From Lepidodermella squamata (lineage: Eukaryota > Animalia > Gastrotricha): a DNA stretch of 64,000 nt. Below, one piece after another: positions 51,189 to 64,000 of this stretch (the first letter of the stretch is position 1; each line of letters starts with the position of its first letter). Location of the stretch: contig JBLDXI010000055.1 in NCBI GenBank assembly GCA_047495785.1, positions 1,426,001-1,490,000 of the forward strand. Direction: 5' to 3'. Made by a program: the position numbers and the translations under genes. A model generated the notes under the pieces. It saw only the letters and a program-made list of their open reading frames with translations. It did no database searches and had not been told where the DNA came from.

Positions 51189-53895
51189 TTTGTAAAAAAA
51201 ACTAGAATATGAATGGACAAAATTGGTAAGAAGCCATCAATTAAGACATGGAAATTTTAATTATAGAACTTGTTTATTTACCCAAGTTCATCAGACTCTA
51301 AGTCATTATTTGATTATTTGCAGAATTTCGGAAGAAATCAGTAGGTTGGCAAAGGCTGATTGTTTGCACCGGTAATATTTTGCGAAGACCCGCTAATTGT
51401 GTGCGCGAGCGTTTTTTGCGACTCATTTTTTTGCGCATGCGGTTTATAATCCAAGCGGGTCGAAAAGTAATGCAGTCAAGTGCACCTAGAATCTCGGTAA
51501 ACATTCAGCGGCTTTCGCAAATCGCAAGTGACATATGATCGAAAGACCCACAGCAAAAGCGTAGAGCTCTTGAAGTCAGCGAAATGGGATTTTGATAATT
51601 TATTATTGCTCTGTTTTTTTATATTTATAGCCGAATAAATAGCTGGGACGATGATGGCGGCGGGAATGAAATAACGAAAAGAATCGTATTTAACCTAACA
51701 TATCAGCGTAGGTGTTGGCGGAGTAAAATGCGATTTTTTTAATTATTTATTTTTGTCTCGCGACTGGATTGATTTCACTTGAAGCGCGAGATTTCGCTCA
51801 CGCTGCCTAGGCGCGCACCGAGGGCGCGCAAAAAACGCGCGCGACTTGTCGTCACGCTCGACTTGTGGCCGCGCTGGCCGCAATATTTGCACAAGGACCA
51901 CTCTGATTTCAGACCTGTGGCTGAGTAACTTCGATGGCCGCCCGTGATACAATATCGAAGAAAAAAAACGAGCGCAATATTTTTTCACGATTGACAGCAT
52001 TTTGCGTGAGCGTGATGTGATGAGCGAAAAAATAATAAAATAAATATTGCCTCGCGCTGTGAACTTGGGCAAGAAAAAATTGCCGCGCCCGAGACATGCA
52101 CATCCGCTGTGGCAAGGAGGTACGGCCGGAAGAGATCCGTGCGTGTCGCTTAATTAAAACATATGCTGTCTTAGGAAGAAACCGGTAATGACTAAGCTCG
52201 ATATAAAGAAGCGAGGCAAGGTGAATCAATTCGCCAGGTTCACACACCAGCGATGTCAATATTTACGTTCTGATTTCAGGAAATTTAGGTGTAAAAAAAG
52301 AAATGACGGCGAAGCATAAAACAAAATTAGTAGGACCCTGATTTAATATTGCCTATAAACTTAGCTGGCATCCTAAATCTTCGCGATGATTAATAAAATA
52401 TTTTCACGTGCTACTTTCTTGTTAAGTCTTATTACTATGCAAGCCTACTCAGAAATGATCTCGAGATACACTGCCATACTTATGCACCTAGGGTGCACCT
52501 TGGCGCTGGACAGTTATACTTCACGGCTGAGTGGAGCGAGGTGCAAAAAGGGCTTTGAAGGCTCATTTTCGCGCGCTCGCAAAAGGACAGCAATAAAGAG
52601 AGTTTTATCGCCCATCCTCCATCGTTGGATTATGATAATCGTTTGAAATAGTGCCACATTAGTTTTTTGCCAGATTAATGATTCCGCATATGTTTTGCCA
52701 AAAATCATGCGGGGTGTGACGATATCCCAGAGGAAGCTGGTGCTAGACACAATGACTGGCTGGTGACATACTTTCTGCGATCATTCATGCGTAAAAAATT
52801 ATGTTTACGATGTAAGTCGAGCGAAAGGACAACTTTGCAGAAATTAATTACCATTAAAATCCGGAGAGCGGTTTGGCTAAACGTTATTTTGTTTCGGGAA
52901 AAACAAATCGAACGGGAAAAGGGCTGCTCGCCTAGATAAGCTGCTACGTGGGAGTGTATGGGAAATTCAAGTGAAACGTACAAAAGCTCCGCGCAATTTA
53001 GCTCGAGGAGCTCGATGAGCAGTGGGGGAAAAGGGCAAGATGCACTTTATGGCGGCAATATTTTTCTATCGATCGCACCAAGCATGAATGGGAACGGATT
53101 GGTTGTTAGTTCCAACTTATTGCAAGTAATTTGATTAGCTTTGACGTGCATATTCTGTCTAAGTGCGCGCTATTGCGTAAAGGGTTCGGAAAACTGGTTT
53201 TAACAGCAAAACTCATAAGGATGCGATTTTTTCTCCTCAAACCAACTACAAAACAGCATAAGGCGCGATGCTCATTAAGTAAGAAATAGCTATGCTATTG
53301 CGCATGAAGTATGTACTTGTTAATTCTTTGGAAAATGGGTTTACAATATCGCCACTCCCAGGAGATGGTGAAACAAGACTAATGACTCAGACGACAGGCA
53401 CATTTGGGAAATTTCGGCGTCAAATATCGAGCTTTAATAAATCATTTCGGCAAAAACACGAGGCTCTTTATGGGCGAAATGTGTTACGCGAATGACACAA
53501 ATTTTTTTATTACTACCGCAATTTGTCTTTTCGATCCATGATACGGTTAAGTTGCGTTATTACCCGGTCGCCTACTCGCCGCGGCGTTCCCTTCCGAGGG
53601 GATAATTAAAACGCCCCTGCGTGAGTGTGATCGTGGCGAGGTGAGGAGTAGATCCGCCCTGGATCAATATTCAACGGGTAATGAGTTAGATGGCATCCTT
53701 CCGAGCGAGGTCATGTCATGTCCTCATCAATAACTATCGCGGTTTTTCACGGTTAATTATCAACCTGACGTCGTAAAGCAAAAACGCAAATTGTGTAACA
53801 AAACTTTTATTTATTGAAAAACGAGCGTAGGCTGAAGAAAGGAATGAACGCGTCATCCGATTTGCTATAATCACCGATGATATCACGTGTTAAAT

Positions 53896-56440
53896 TCAGT
53901 CCACCGACTCGATGGCTTCCGCTCCAGGTGGAGCGACATCCCCTGACGATGAATCAGCAGCAACTTTTTTCTGCAACAGCGAATCGCGCTCGAATATCAA
54001 CTGGTCGTAGCGCTCTTGCAGCTTCCGTTCACGCTGCTCCTGCCGCTCGACCTCCTCGCGTAATGCACCGACCCGGCGCGGGATTGCCGCGACTTCGTGC
54101 TGGCGCAGAAGTCGGAATGTAGACAACTCAATGCGAGCCTGTTCCAGCTGGTCATGAACCTCGCTCAACTGCTTCACCTCGCTTTGATATTTGGTTTGGT
54201 AGCCGCCATGTAACACTCGCAGCTTTTTCTCCAACTTACCGGCGCGCTTCGCCTCTTCAGACATGTGTTGCCGGTGGGTATCGAGACGGCGTTCAAACGA
54301 CTCGATTCTCTCTTTTTTCGACGCCATATTCATGCGAGTGAAATGCTGCTGGGAAGGCACGTATAACACCTGGGCGTAGCATTCCTCCCACACGCGGGAA
54401 TACGCGTCTAAACCCAAATCACCATGACCAACCATAGCTTTGACATTAGCCATTTCACGCTGCAGAATCAGCTTCGCTTGCTCAAGGTCTTCCTGTTGAA
54501 CAGGCTGGAAAGGGTGGGAGCGAAGAAATTCCGAGTGGCGGGCTGTTTCAGACGCGGTCGATTTTCCGGCGCCCCTCGGCAACGGCGCCGGGTTGTTTAC
54601 CGCATCGTAGTGGAGCATGACCAGCATCTCTGCCTTAATCAACTCTTCGGCTCGCTGCATTTCCGACAAATTTTGCAGCTGCTCCGGTGGGCGCATGATA
54701 TTGTCGTTGACGGTGACAGGGCGCGGCAGACCGCGCTGAACAGCCTGAGATTGGCGCCGAAATTCAGCCTGGCGAGCCGCCTCTTCCTCGTCCCTGATTT
54801 GCTTCTCGACCTCCGACATATCCTCCTCTCGAGTCGAGTCCGTCACCTCCATTTCTTCGGATTCTTTCGCGTCTTCGTCATCGTCAGGTAGCACGATTTC
54901 GAAGTCGTTGCGCGGCGTTGGGAGGGAACGAAGTTTTTCCCGCAAATCTTCGGCTTGTTGCCGCCGTTGGCCACGCTCTGAACCAGACGGCGTCGGAGCT
55001 TCAAATCCGTCGGATGAATTGATGTTCAAGCGATCTCGAAGAGGTGTTTTACCCGCTGCCATCAATTCAGAGCGCTGACTAGGCGTCATTCCGCCCGCAG
55101 CCGATGTGCCAGGCGCTGCCGGGGTTCGGAAAGGTAGAGCAATGACGGTATTCGGGGTCTGGACGACGGTGCGACCACCACCCGCCGGGGTCGATATTTC
55201 AGTTTCAAACAACGGTTCGTTCGAACCGCCTTTCAGTGGCGTTTCAGCAGTAGACATTATGAAAAGATTATGAGCTTCTTTGAGCAAGGTGTCTTCAACA
55301 GCAGGCGTCCGAGCGGGAGGTAACATCGCTCCACCACCAAGGCCAGTAATAGCCGGAGTAACAGTATAATCTCCGATCAACTCGTGAGTGGCCGAGTCCG
55401 GAATGCCGCTGGCTTCGGCTTCACGTCTCGCAGCCTCGGAGGCCATTCCGATTTTCACAACTTGTTCCAGCTCCTCGTCGGTGATTTGAGGGGCAGGTAG
55501 CACCAATTTCGACCTCTTCTTCGCCGGCTCAGAGCTAGTACCAGTTTGACTAAAAATAACAGCCGGCATGTCGCTTTCTTTGCGCTTCGCCAGCTTCTCT
55601 GAATCTTTTGCCCGATCCCGCTTTTCGCGTTCTTTTGCGTTCAGGTTCTCCATCTTGTCGGTATTCAAAGTCTTCCAGTTGACATCAAGCGCTTTGGCTG
55701 TTTCTTCCGAGGTATCATAGAAACCTGCAGGAACACGCTTTTCGAAGGGAATCTCCTCATTGTAATCGATGCCCCACTTCTGGCGACGACGCTTTCGCAT
55801 TAAAATTCCAGCCGCGCGCAATTCTCGTCGCTTTTGAAGCGAAGCCAGCCGGCGGGCTTCGTCCATTTGTCGTTCACGGGCCTTTCGCTTCGCTTTTTTA
55901 CCCTGAGTATTAGCAAGACGAGCACGAGCTTCAGCAAGCATTTCCAACTCATCCTCGTCCATGTCAACGGGATCCGGCCGAGCAGGTTTTGTTTCAGGAT
56001 TAGGATCTATTTCGCCAGGACGAAGACGGCGAGGATCATCCTGGCCAAGATCGCTGTCTTTCTGCTGAGCCCGATCTAGAAGGTACTCGTAGTGCTCAAT
56101 GCATTGGGCAGCAGTTCGCCCAACTAGAGGAGCTATGGTACGCCATTGCGTTGGAAAGAGGCGTGCAAGGTGCAAAAGCTTCTCCTCTTCTTCGCGAGAC
56201 CACTCAGTCTTCTTGACTGAGGGATCTAACCATTCGTACCAGCGGGATTTGCATTGTTTTGCTGACTTTCGATGGAGCAGTGAAGCAATTCGAGCCCATT
56301 GGTTTTTGCCATATTTCATGACGGCTGCTTTGAGGATTTCATCCTGAATAAGAATAAATTGAGGAGACATATAAACAGAGCGAAGAATAACTCACCTCAG
56401 TGTTGCGCCAAATACCGCCCTTTATCAAAAGTCGAGGCAT
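53896..56440 (-). CDS. CDC5L: Pre-mRNA splicing factor CDC5L/Cef1; intron 56344-56395
   Basis: MPRLLIKGGIWRNTE|DEILKAAVMKYGKNQWARIASLLHRKSAKQCKSRWYEWLDPS tandem Myb repeats, GEIDPNPETKPARPDP, C-terminal coiled coil. Confidence 0.98.
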
Positions 56441-56649
56441 GATTGTAAAAACCTAATAGAAAAGATATTTTTGTAGGCGCTTCTTGATTAAGATAGCAGA
56501 GACTTCGAGCTGAGAAAATAAAAGATTTTGAACGGCGCATCTCAAAGATAGATCTAGAGTGGCATATTATAGATTCCGAACTCAATTCAGCCCAGGTAGC
56601 CAATTACCATCGTGATTCAATCGATTTATTACGTTGCGAAAGTGAGATT

Positions 56650-56850
56650 TTTTGGCTGCACGATCATCATCAAGTTTCAAGCCAATGATATACAATGATA
56701 TGATACAGGAATTGAGCGACATGTACACGAACAACATAGCGATCGTTTTCTTGAACGGACAACAATCTTCGACATTTCATGTAAATAATGGGGTCAAGCA
56801 GGCGATCCTCTTTCGCCTTTGCTATTTGCAATCTACATGGACCAACTAAA
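56650..56850 (+). mobile_element. Frameshifted LINE reverse-transcriptase fragment
   Basis: VFLNGQQSSTFHVNNGVKQ, then a 1-nt deletion, then (G)DPLSPLLFAIYMDQL: the RT QG-LSP motif. Confidence 0.8.
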
Positions 56851-57883
56851 CAGCTGTGTACAGTTTGATCAAACCCTAACTAATCCTTTGTCTTTTTTAC
56901 AGCTGAGCTTCCAACTTTTTCTAAAAACAGAAGACTGGCTCTTAAATAAATAAATAAAACAACCACTTGGAGAAGGTTATAGGCAAGGAACAACGAAACT
57001 CATGAAAGTTACTTACTTCTGATCTGTAGCCCTTCAAAACCTCACAGACAGCAAATTCAGACAAATCGAATATTTCATCTTCAGAAAAGACCGTGTTACA
57101 TGCATTTAATGTCACCACATCGTTCAACCCACTTCTTCAACTTTTCACCTCTTGCGCTAACTTTATTAGCCGAGATCCCATAGTGACAATTCTAACTTAG
57201 CACTTAGCTAAGTCATTATAATTTTCTTGAAAAACCTTAGACGCCAATTTAAAACAACTATGTACTTGAACTGATGTCCAAGGATTGGCGAATTGCCTTC
57301 GGCATTGGGGCTCCAGATGTCCCGATGTTTGAATTTGCTTCAGTCGGTATGAGATGAATGATACGAGGGCAGCGCAACGAAGACACTATGGCTATATTTA
57401 TCCTTTGGGAGGAGAGGCGCTTGTAAGAGATGAGAGGTAGCTTCTCCAGGTTAAAGAGTCATTATTCGAATACTGTAATCCTCTTCTCGTCGGTATTTAA
57501 CGAATTCAATTGTTCGGCAGCAGAATAAAAAAGTCGACTTATTCAACCCAGCCCCGCTCGTCTCATTCTATGCGACTTGATAAAGCTATCAAAAAATATG
57601 CAACGTGTCTAATGACTAATTACAACGGCTTCGGTATAGTTAATATTGTTTTGTGACGTGACAGCATATCAGCTATTAGAAAGTTTTAGATATGATTTGA
57701 AAATTCGAAAAACGCGCCCTTTTGCACTTTTAGCGGAAAATCTTCCGCTATCTCGCGATGGGCTCGCGATGGACGGCCTTCTAGGTAGGCGCGAAACCAA
57801 GCTATTGCAGCGTCGTCGAAGCCGGCTGAGTGAAGAGCAGATATTAGGCCTTCAATAGGGCCGCCTCGTATTTCGTGATCCGA

Positions 57884-58160
57884 GAGCTACTCTAAGAGTA
57901 GCCTACTCCGCGAGTAGCTACTCTCGGAGTAGGTATTATATATAGCAACTGCTCTCAGAGTAATACAGTTTTACACTGAGAGGATCTACTCTGAGAGGAA
58001 TTTACTCTCGGAGTAGCTACTCTAAGAGTAGATACTCTCAGAGCTCAGAGGTAGCTTTAACTGGGAATCTACTCTCAGAGGAGTCACTGTTACATGGGCT
58101 ACCGGCTACCAAGGATTAACTTCATTCAAAAATTCGATGACGTACTCTTAGAGTACCTCT
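57884..58160. repeat. Cluster of short palindromic repeats, consensus CTACTCTNNGAGTAG
   Basis: ctactctaagagtag, ctactccgcgagtag, ctactctcggagtag and related variants, about 10 variably degenerate copies. Confidence 0.8.
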
Positions 58161-58189
58161 CGGATCACGAAATACCATTCGGCTCAATA

Positions 58190-58520
58190 GGCAGGGAGTC
58201 GAACGCTTTGCTTAGGTCGATGCATACCATTCCGACGCATTCACTATGTTGTCCAGTGCCTTTTGGCAAACGTCGAGAATTTTAAGTAAGCATGACTCGC
58301 AGCTGTGGCCAGCTCGAAACCCGAACTGATTTGCTTTGAGAAAACATATTCGTTTGAGGTAGGTTTTCAATTGACCGCTGAGACAGCGCTCCAGCAACTT
58401 CAGCAGACACGATGAGATGGAAATCGGTCGATAGTTTGAAGGAATCGTGTGATCACCAGATTTATTGATCGGAGTGACCGTCGACTCACGCCAAGTGGTA
58501 GGTAGTTTTCCAGTCTTGAT
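58190..58520 (-). mobile_element. Frameshifted CR1/L2/Jockey-like LINE RT fragment
   Basis: GKLPTTWRESTVTPINKSGD..SNYRPISISSCLLKLLER..NQFGFRAGHSC, frameshift, then CIDLSKAFDS. Confidence 0.9.
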
Positions 58521-59811
58521 GGTTGGGTTATTTTTTTTTAAATGCGACCTTTTACCTGTTTTTTGTTTTTGACATTAATTATTTTTTAATTCAAAACCAT
58601 TCGCAATAATTTATTTTAATACTGTTTTAATTACTAAAATTTTATTTTATGCAAACATGTTGCCGCAGGAATCCGCGCGCGAAACTTGACAAGTTTCTCT
58701 AGTTTTGAATCTCGACTGCACTGAAGTTAGCAGAAGTTTTCCAGCAGAATAGACTTCCACTTATGTTATATACCCCATTTTTTGTTATCCGGTGTTATGG
58801 ACCATGCCTAGCCGATAGAAAAAAAACCGCACCTCGATAACACGATTGTGACCCAGCTGCTTCGCCTCCGCCCATTCCTAGCGCTATGGCAGCTAGGAAA
58901 CGCATTCAAAACGCACGCCTCTCGATTGCCGTCGGTCAGTCGTGACAAATTTTCGGCCGATCACTCGCGTCTCAGCGGCGAATTATTACGCCGCAAATGC
59001 CCAGTGCGCGTGAATCCGCACGTTTTACCGGCGATCTACTTTCAGTTTGCCTCAAAAGTCCAAACGTAGGTAAGTCCAAAAGTAGGTTAAACGCTACGAG
59101 GGAAAAGCAGGTAACGCTATTTTTCCACGTTGAAGCTTATTCAATTTCCTATTGGAACAGTTGCTCTAATTTGCAGAACTTTTCTCCGTCGTTTCACCAG
59201 TGATCTTCTCGCAGTTTACCTTAAAACTGCCAGATATGGAGGAAATCGCACACTTAAACCTACTCCAAAGCTAAAAGGAAGAATGCGCGGCAATAATTTT
59301 GACGGCATTAATCTTTATCCTCGAGGATAATTTTGGGTTAAATATCACAGTAATTGACCGCCGGTTAACCGTGAATTCACCGTAAACATACCGTAAGATG
59401 CTACGTTTTCACCGCAGAAATGCCGTTTTTCTCCCCGCGACACAGCAAAAAATAACATGGCGCAAGAAAAATCGATAACGGCAGTACTTTTCCTATATTA
59501 TCTAAGCATGCTAATATAAGAGTAAACTGATCGTAGCCGCATCGTACACACATCGTAGTTTTTTTTCGGTGAACTACGATGTTGCTACGGTGTTGTTTTA
59601 GCGCATCGTAGCGTTTTAAAAATCGAAAATGTGCGCAAAACTTTATTATTTCATGCTTTGATTGCTGCTAATAGTCAACCACATTGATAAGAATGTCCTC
59701 ACCAAAAAGCATTACGATATATCACGTGATCATTTTCTGATAAATGGCTGATTTCAGCTTCGAGGTTTTTAATCGAATGGGTTAACTTTTTCGTTTGTCC
59801 GAATCATCTGA

Positions 59812-62800
59812 TGACCTCATCTTTGGTACAAATGATGTCCCGGGAGTGGGCTATCCAGCAAAACTAACCTCGTCCAGTTTGGATTCTCCGTCGGGGCGCG
59901 CCGGGTGCCGGAAAATGCGTTCAAAACCGCACTTAATATCAATTTTCCGAGATTTGGGGTCACCTGGGCGCCCATAGGAGTCTCCTCCTGACCTCATCTT
60001 TGGTACAAATGATGTCCCGGGAGTGGGCTATCCAGCAAAACTAACCTCGTCCAGTTTGGATTCTCCGTCGGGGCGCGCCGGGTGCCGGAAAATGCGTTCA
60101 AAATCGCACTTAATATCAATTTTCCGAGATTTGGGGTCACCTGGGCGCCCATAGGAGTCTCCTCCTGACCTCATCTTTGGTACAAATGATGTCCCGGGAG
60201 TGGGCTATCCAGCAAAACTAACCTCGTCCAGTTTGGATTCTCCGTCGGGGCGCGCCGGGTGCCGGAAAATGCGTTCAAAATCGCACTTAATATCAATTTT
60301 CCGAGATTTGGGGTCACCTGGGCGCCCATAGGAGTCTCCTCCTGACCTCATCTTTGGTACAAATGATGTCCCGGGAGTGGGCTATCCAGCAAAACTAACC
60401 TCGTCCAGTTTGGATTCTCCGTCGGGGCGCGCCGGGTGCCGGAAAATGCGTACAAAATCGCACTTAATATCAATTTTCCGAGATTTGGGGTCACCTGGGC
60501 GCCCATAGGAGTCTCCTCCTGACCTCATCTTTGGTACAAATGATGTCCCGGGAGTGGGCTATCCAGCAAAACTAACCTCGTCCAGTTTGGATTCTCCGTC
60601 GGGGCGCGCCGGGTGCCGGAAAATGCGTTCAAAATCGCACTTAATATCAATTTTCCGAGATTTGGGGTCACCTGGGCGCCCATAGGAGTCTCCTCCTGAC
60701 CTCATCTTTGGTACAAATGATGTCCCGGGAGTGGGCTATCCAGCAAAACTAACCTCGTCCAGTTTGGATTCTCCGTCGGGGCGCGCCGGGTGCCGGAAAA
60801 TGCGTTCAAAACCGCACTTAATATCAATTTTCCGAGATTTGGGGTCACCTGGGCGCCCATAGGAGTCTCCTCCTGACCTCATCTTTGGTACAAATGATGT
60901 CCCGGGAGTGGGCTATCCAGCAAAACTAACCTCGTCCAGTTTGGATTCTCCGTCGGGGCGCGCCGGGTGCCGGAAAATGCGTACAAAATCGCACTTAATA
61001 TCAATTTTCCGAGATTTGGGGTCACCTGGGCGCCCATAGGAGTCTCCTCCTGACCTCATCTTTGGTACAAATGATGTCCCGGGAGTGGGCTATCCAGCAA
61101 AACTAACCTCGTCCAGTTTGGATTCTCCGTCGGGGCGCGCCGGGTGCCGGAAAATGCGTACAAAATCGCACTTAATATCAATTTTCCGAGATTTGGGGTC
61201 ACCTGGGCGCCCATAGGAGTCTCCTCCTGACCTCATCTTTGGTACAAATGATGTCCCGGGAGTGGGCTATCCAGCAAAACTAACCTCGTCCAGTTTGGAT
61301 TCTCCGTCGGGGCGCGCCGGGTGCCGGAAAATGCGTTCAAAACCGCACTTAATATCAATTTTCCGAGATTTGGGGTCACCTGGGCGCCCATAGGAGTCTC
61401 CTCCTGACCTCATCTTTGGTACAAATGATGTCCCGGGAGTGGGCTATCCAGCAAAACTAACCTCGTCCAGTTTGGATTCTCCGTCGGGGCGCGCCGGGTG
61501 CCGGAAAATGCGTACAAAATCGCACTTAATATCAATTTTCCGAGATTTGGGGTCACCTGGGCGCCCATAGGAGTCTCCTCCTGACCTCATCTTTGGTACA
61601 AATGATGTCCCGGGAGTGGGCTATCCAGCAAAACTAACCTCGTCCAGTTTGGATTCTCCGTCGGGGCGCGCCGGGTGCCGGAAAATGCGTTCAAAACCGC
61701 ACTTAATATCAATTTTCCGAGATTTGGGGTCACCTGGGCGCCCATAGGAGTCTCCTCCTGACCTCATCTTTGGTACAAATGATGTCCCGGGAGTGGGCTA
61801 TCCAGCAAAACTAACCTCGTCCAGTTTGGATTCTCCGTCGGGGCGCGCCGGGTGCCGGAAAATGCGTACAAAATCGCACTTAATATCAATTTTCCGAGAT
61901 TTGGGGTCACCTGGGCGCCCATAGGAGTCTCCTCCTGACCTCATCTTTGGTACAAATGATGTCCCGGGAGTGGGCTATCCGGCATAACTAACCTCGTCCA
62001 GTTTGGATTCTCCGTCGGGGCGCGCCGGGTGCCGGAAAATGCGTTCAAAATCGCACTTAATATCAATTTTCCGAGATTTGGGGTCACCTGGGCGCCCATA
62101 GGAGTCTCCTCCTGACCTCATCTTTGGTACAAATGATGTCCCGGGAGTGGGCTATCCAGCAAAACTAACCTCGTCCAGTTTGGATTCTCCGTCGGGGCGC
62201 GCCGGGTGCCGGAAAATGCGTTCAAAATCGCACTTAATATCAATTTTCCGAGATTTGGGGTCACCTGGGCGCCCATAGGAGTCTCCTCCTGACCTCATCT
62301 TTGGTACAAATGATGTCCCGGGAGTGGGCTATCCAGCAAAACTAACCTCGTCCAGTTTGGATTCTCCGTCGGGGCGCGCCGGGTGCCGGAAAATGCGTAC
62401 AAAATCGCACTTAATATCAATTTTCCGAGATTTGGGGTCACCTGGGCGCCCATAGGAGTCTCCTCCTGACCTCATCTTTGGTACAAATGATGTCCCGGGA
62501 GTGGGCTATCCAGCAAAACTAACCTCGTCCAGTTTGGATTCTCCGTCGGGGCGCGCCGGGTGCCGGAAAATGCGTACAAAATCGCACTTAATATCAATTT
62601 TCCGAGATTTGGGGTCACCTGGGCGCCCATAGGAGTCTCCTCCTGACCTCATCTTTGGTACAAATGATGTCCCGGGAGTGGGCTATCCAGCAAAACTAAC
62701 CTCGTCCAGTTTGGATTCTCCGTCGGGGCGCGCCGGGTGCCGGAAAATGCGTTCAAAATCGCACTTAATATCAATTTTCCGAGATTTGGGGTCACCTGGG

Positions 62801-63843
62801 CGCCCATAGGAGTCTCCTCCTGACCTCATCTTTGGTACAAATGATGTCCCGGGAGTGGGCTATCCAGCAAAACTAACCTCGTCCAGTTTGGATTCTCCGT
62901 CGGGGCGCGCCGGGTGCCGGAAAATGCGTTCAAAACCGCACTTAATATCAATTTTCCGAGATTTGGGGTCACCTGGGCGCCCATAGGAGTCTCCTCCTGA
63001 CCTCATCTTTGGTACAAATGATGTCCCGGGAGTGGGCTATCCAGCAAAACTAACCTCGTCCAGTTTGGATTCTCCGTCGGGGCGCGCCGGGTGCCGGAAA
63101 ATGCGTACAAAATCGCACTTAATATCAATTTTCCGAGATTTGGGGTCACCTGGGCGCCCATAGGAGTCTCCTCCTGACCTCATCTTTGGTACAAATGATG
63201 TCCCGGGAGTGGGCTATCCAGCAAAACTAACCTCGTCCAGTTTGGATTCTCCGTCGGGGCGCGCCGGGTGCCGGAAAATGCGTTCAAAACCGCACTTAAT
63301 ATCAATTTTCCGAGATTTGGGGTCACCTGGGCGCCCATAGGAGTCTCCTCCTGACCTCATCTTTGGTACAAATGATGTCCCGGGAGTGGGCTATCCAGCA
63401 AAACTAACCTCGTCCAGTTTGGATTCTCCGTCGGGGCGCGCCGGGTGCCGGAAAATGCGTACAAAATCGCACTTAATATCAATTTTCCGAGATTTGGGGT
63501 CACCTGGGCGCCCATAGGAGTCTCCTCCTGACCTCATCTTTGGTACAAATGATGTCCCGGGAGTGGGCTATCCAGCAAAACTAACCTCGTCCAGTTTGGA
63601 TTCTCCGTCGGGGCGCGCCGGGTGCCGGAAAATGCGTTCAAAACCGCACTTAATATCAATTTTCCGAGATTTGGGGTCACCTGGGCGCCCATAGGAGTCT
63701 CCTCCTGACCTCATCTTTGGTACAAATGATGTCCCGGGAGTGGGCTATCCGGCATAACTAACCTCGTCCAGTTTGGATTCTCCGTCGGGGCGCGCCGGGT
63801 GCCGGAAAATGCGTACAAAATCGCACTTAATATCAATTTTCCG
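59812..63843. repeat. Tandem satellite, 177-bp unit, ~22.8 near-identical copies
   Basis: acctcatctttgg recurs at 59814, 59991, 60168 and onward (period 177); only a few variable positions; both array ends lie inside the window. Confidence 0.98.
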
Positions 63844-64000
63844 GCTGATTCTATATTTTTTCGAATTTTACTCTCCACAATTCCAAAATTTGAAAAAACG
63901 CGATTCCCCGTATAAGGAAGGTTTCTAGATGGTTTTCTATAAATTTTGGTTCAAATATACCCTTTTTCGAAATTTTCAAAAACGCATCGTAGCACCGTAG

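Noticed and set aside
56942-57127. Possible additional LINE linker fragment
   Set aside because: Only a vague resemblance, with no diagnostic motif.
59812-63843. CRISPR array or repeat-encoded protein (177 = 59 codons)
   Set aside because: No unique spacers or cas genes. The best frame has a TAG in every unit, and TAG is a genuine stop elsewhere in the window (e.g. SLC5, protease 1).

Overview
Gene-dense eukaryotic DNA, most likely from a compact invertebrate animal genome: standard genetic code, canonical GT-AG introns mostly 45-60 nt, ciliary and death-fold genes. The taxon cannot be determined from this window. Left part: an intronless SABATH-family methyltransferase and an SLC5 symporter with a signal peptide and an Ig-like ectodomain. 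Central part (5.3-29.6 kb): five divergent CD225/dispanin (IFITM-like) genes, five tandem alpha-arrestins, two MARCH (RING-CH) E3 ligases, a class A GPCR, an orphan membrane protein and an intronless CARD-like/NB-ARC/ankyrin NLR-type gene; 13 consecutive genes from 29623 down to 7385 lie on the minus strand with mostly short spacers. Right part: DTHD1-like, a Q-rich possible ATF7IP-like gene, WDR49-like, MANEA, two S1A proteases and CDC5L, then LINE fragments, palindromic mini-repeats and a ~23-copy 177-bp satellite. The best candidates for undescribed biology are the clustered membrane-ubiquitination/innate-immune locus, the CARD-NB-ARC-ANK receptor, the Ig-SLC5 fusion and two unassigned foldable intergenic segments. 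All gene models were spliced by eye and all family calls come from motif recognition; no database search was run.
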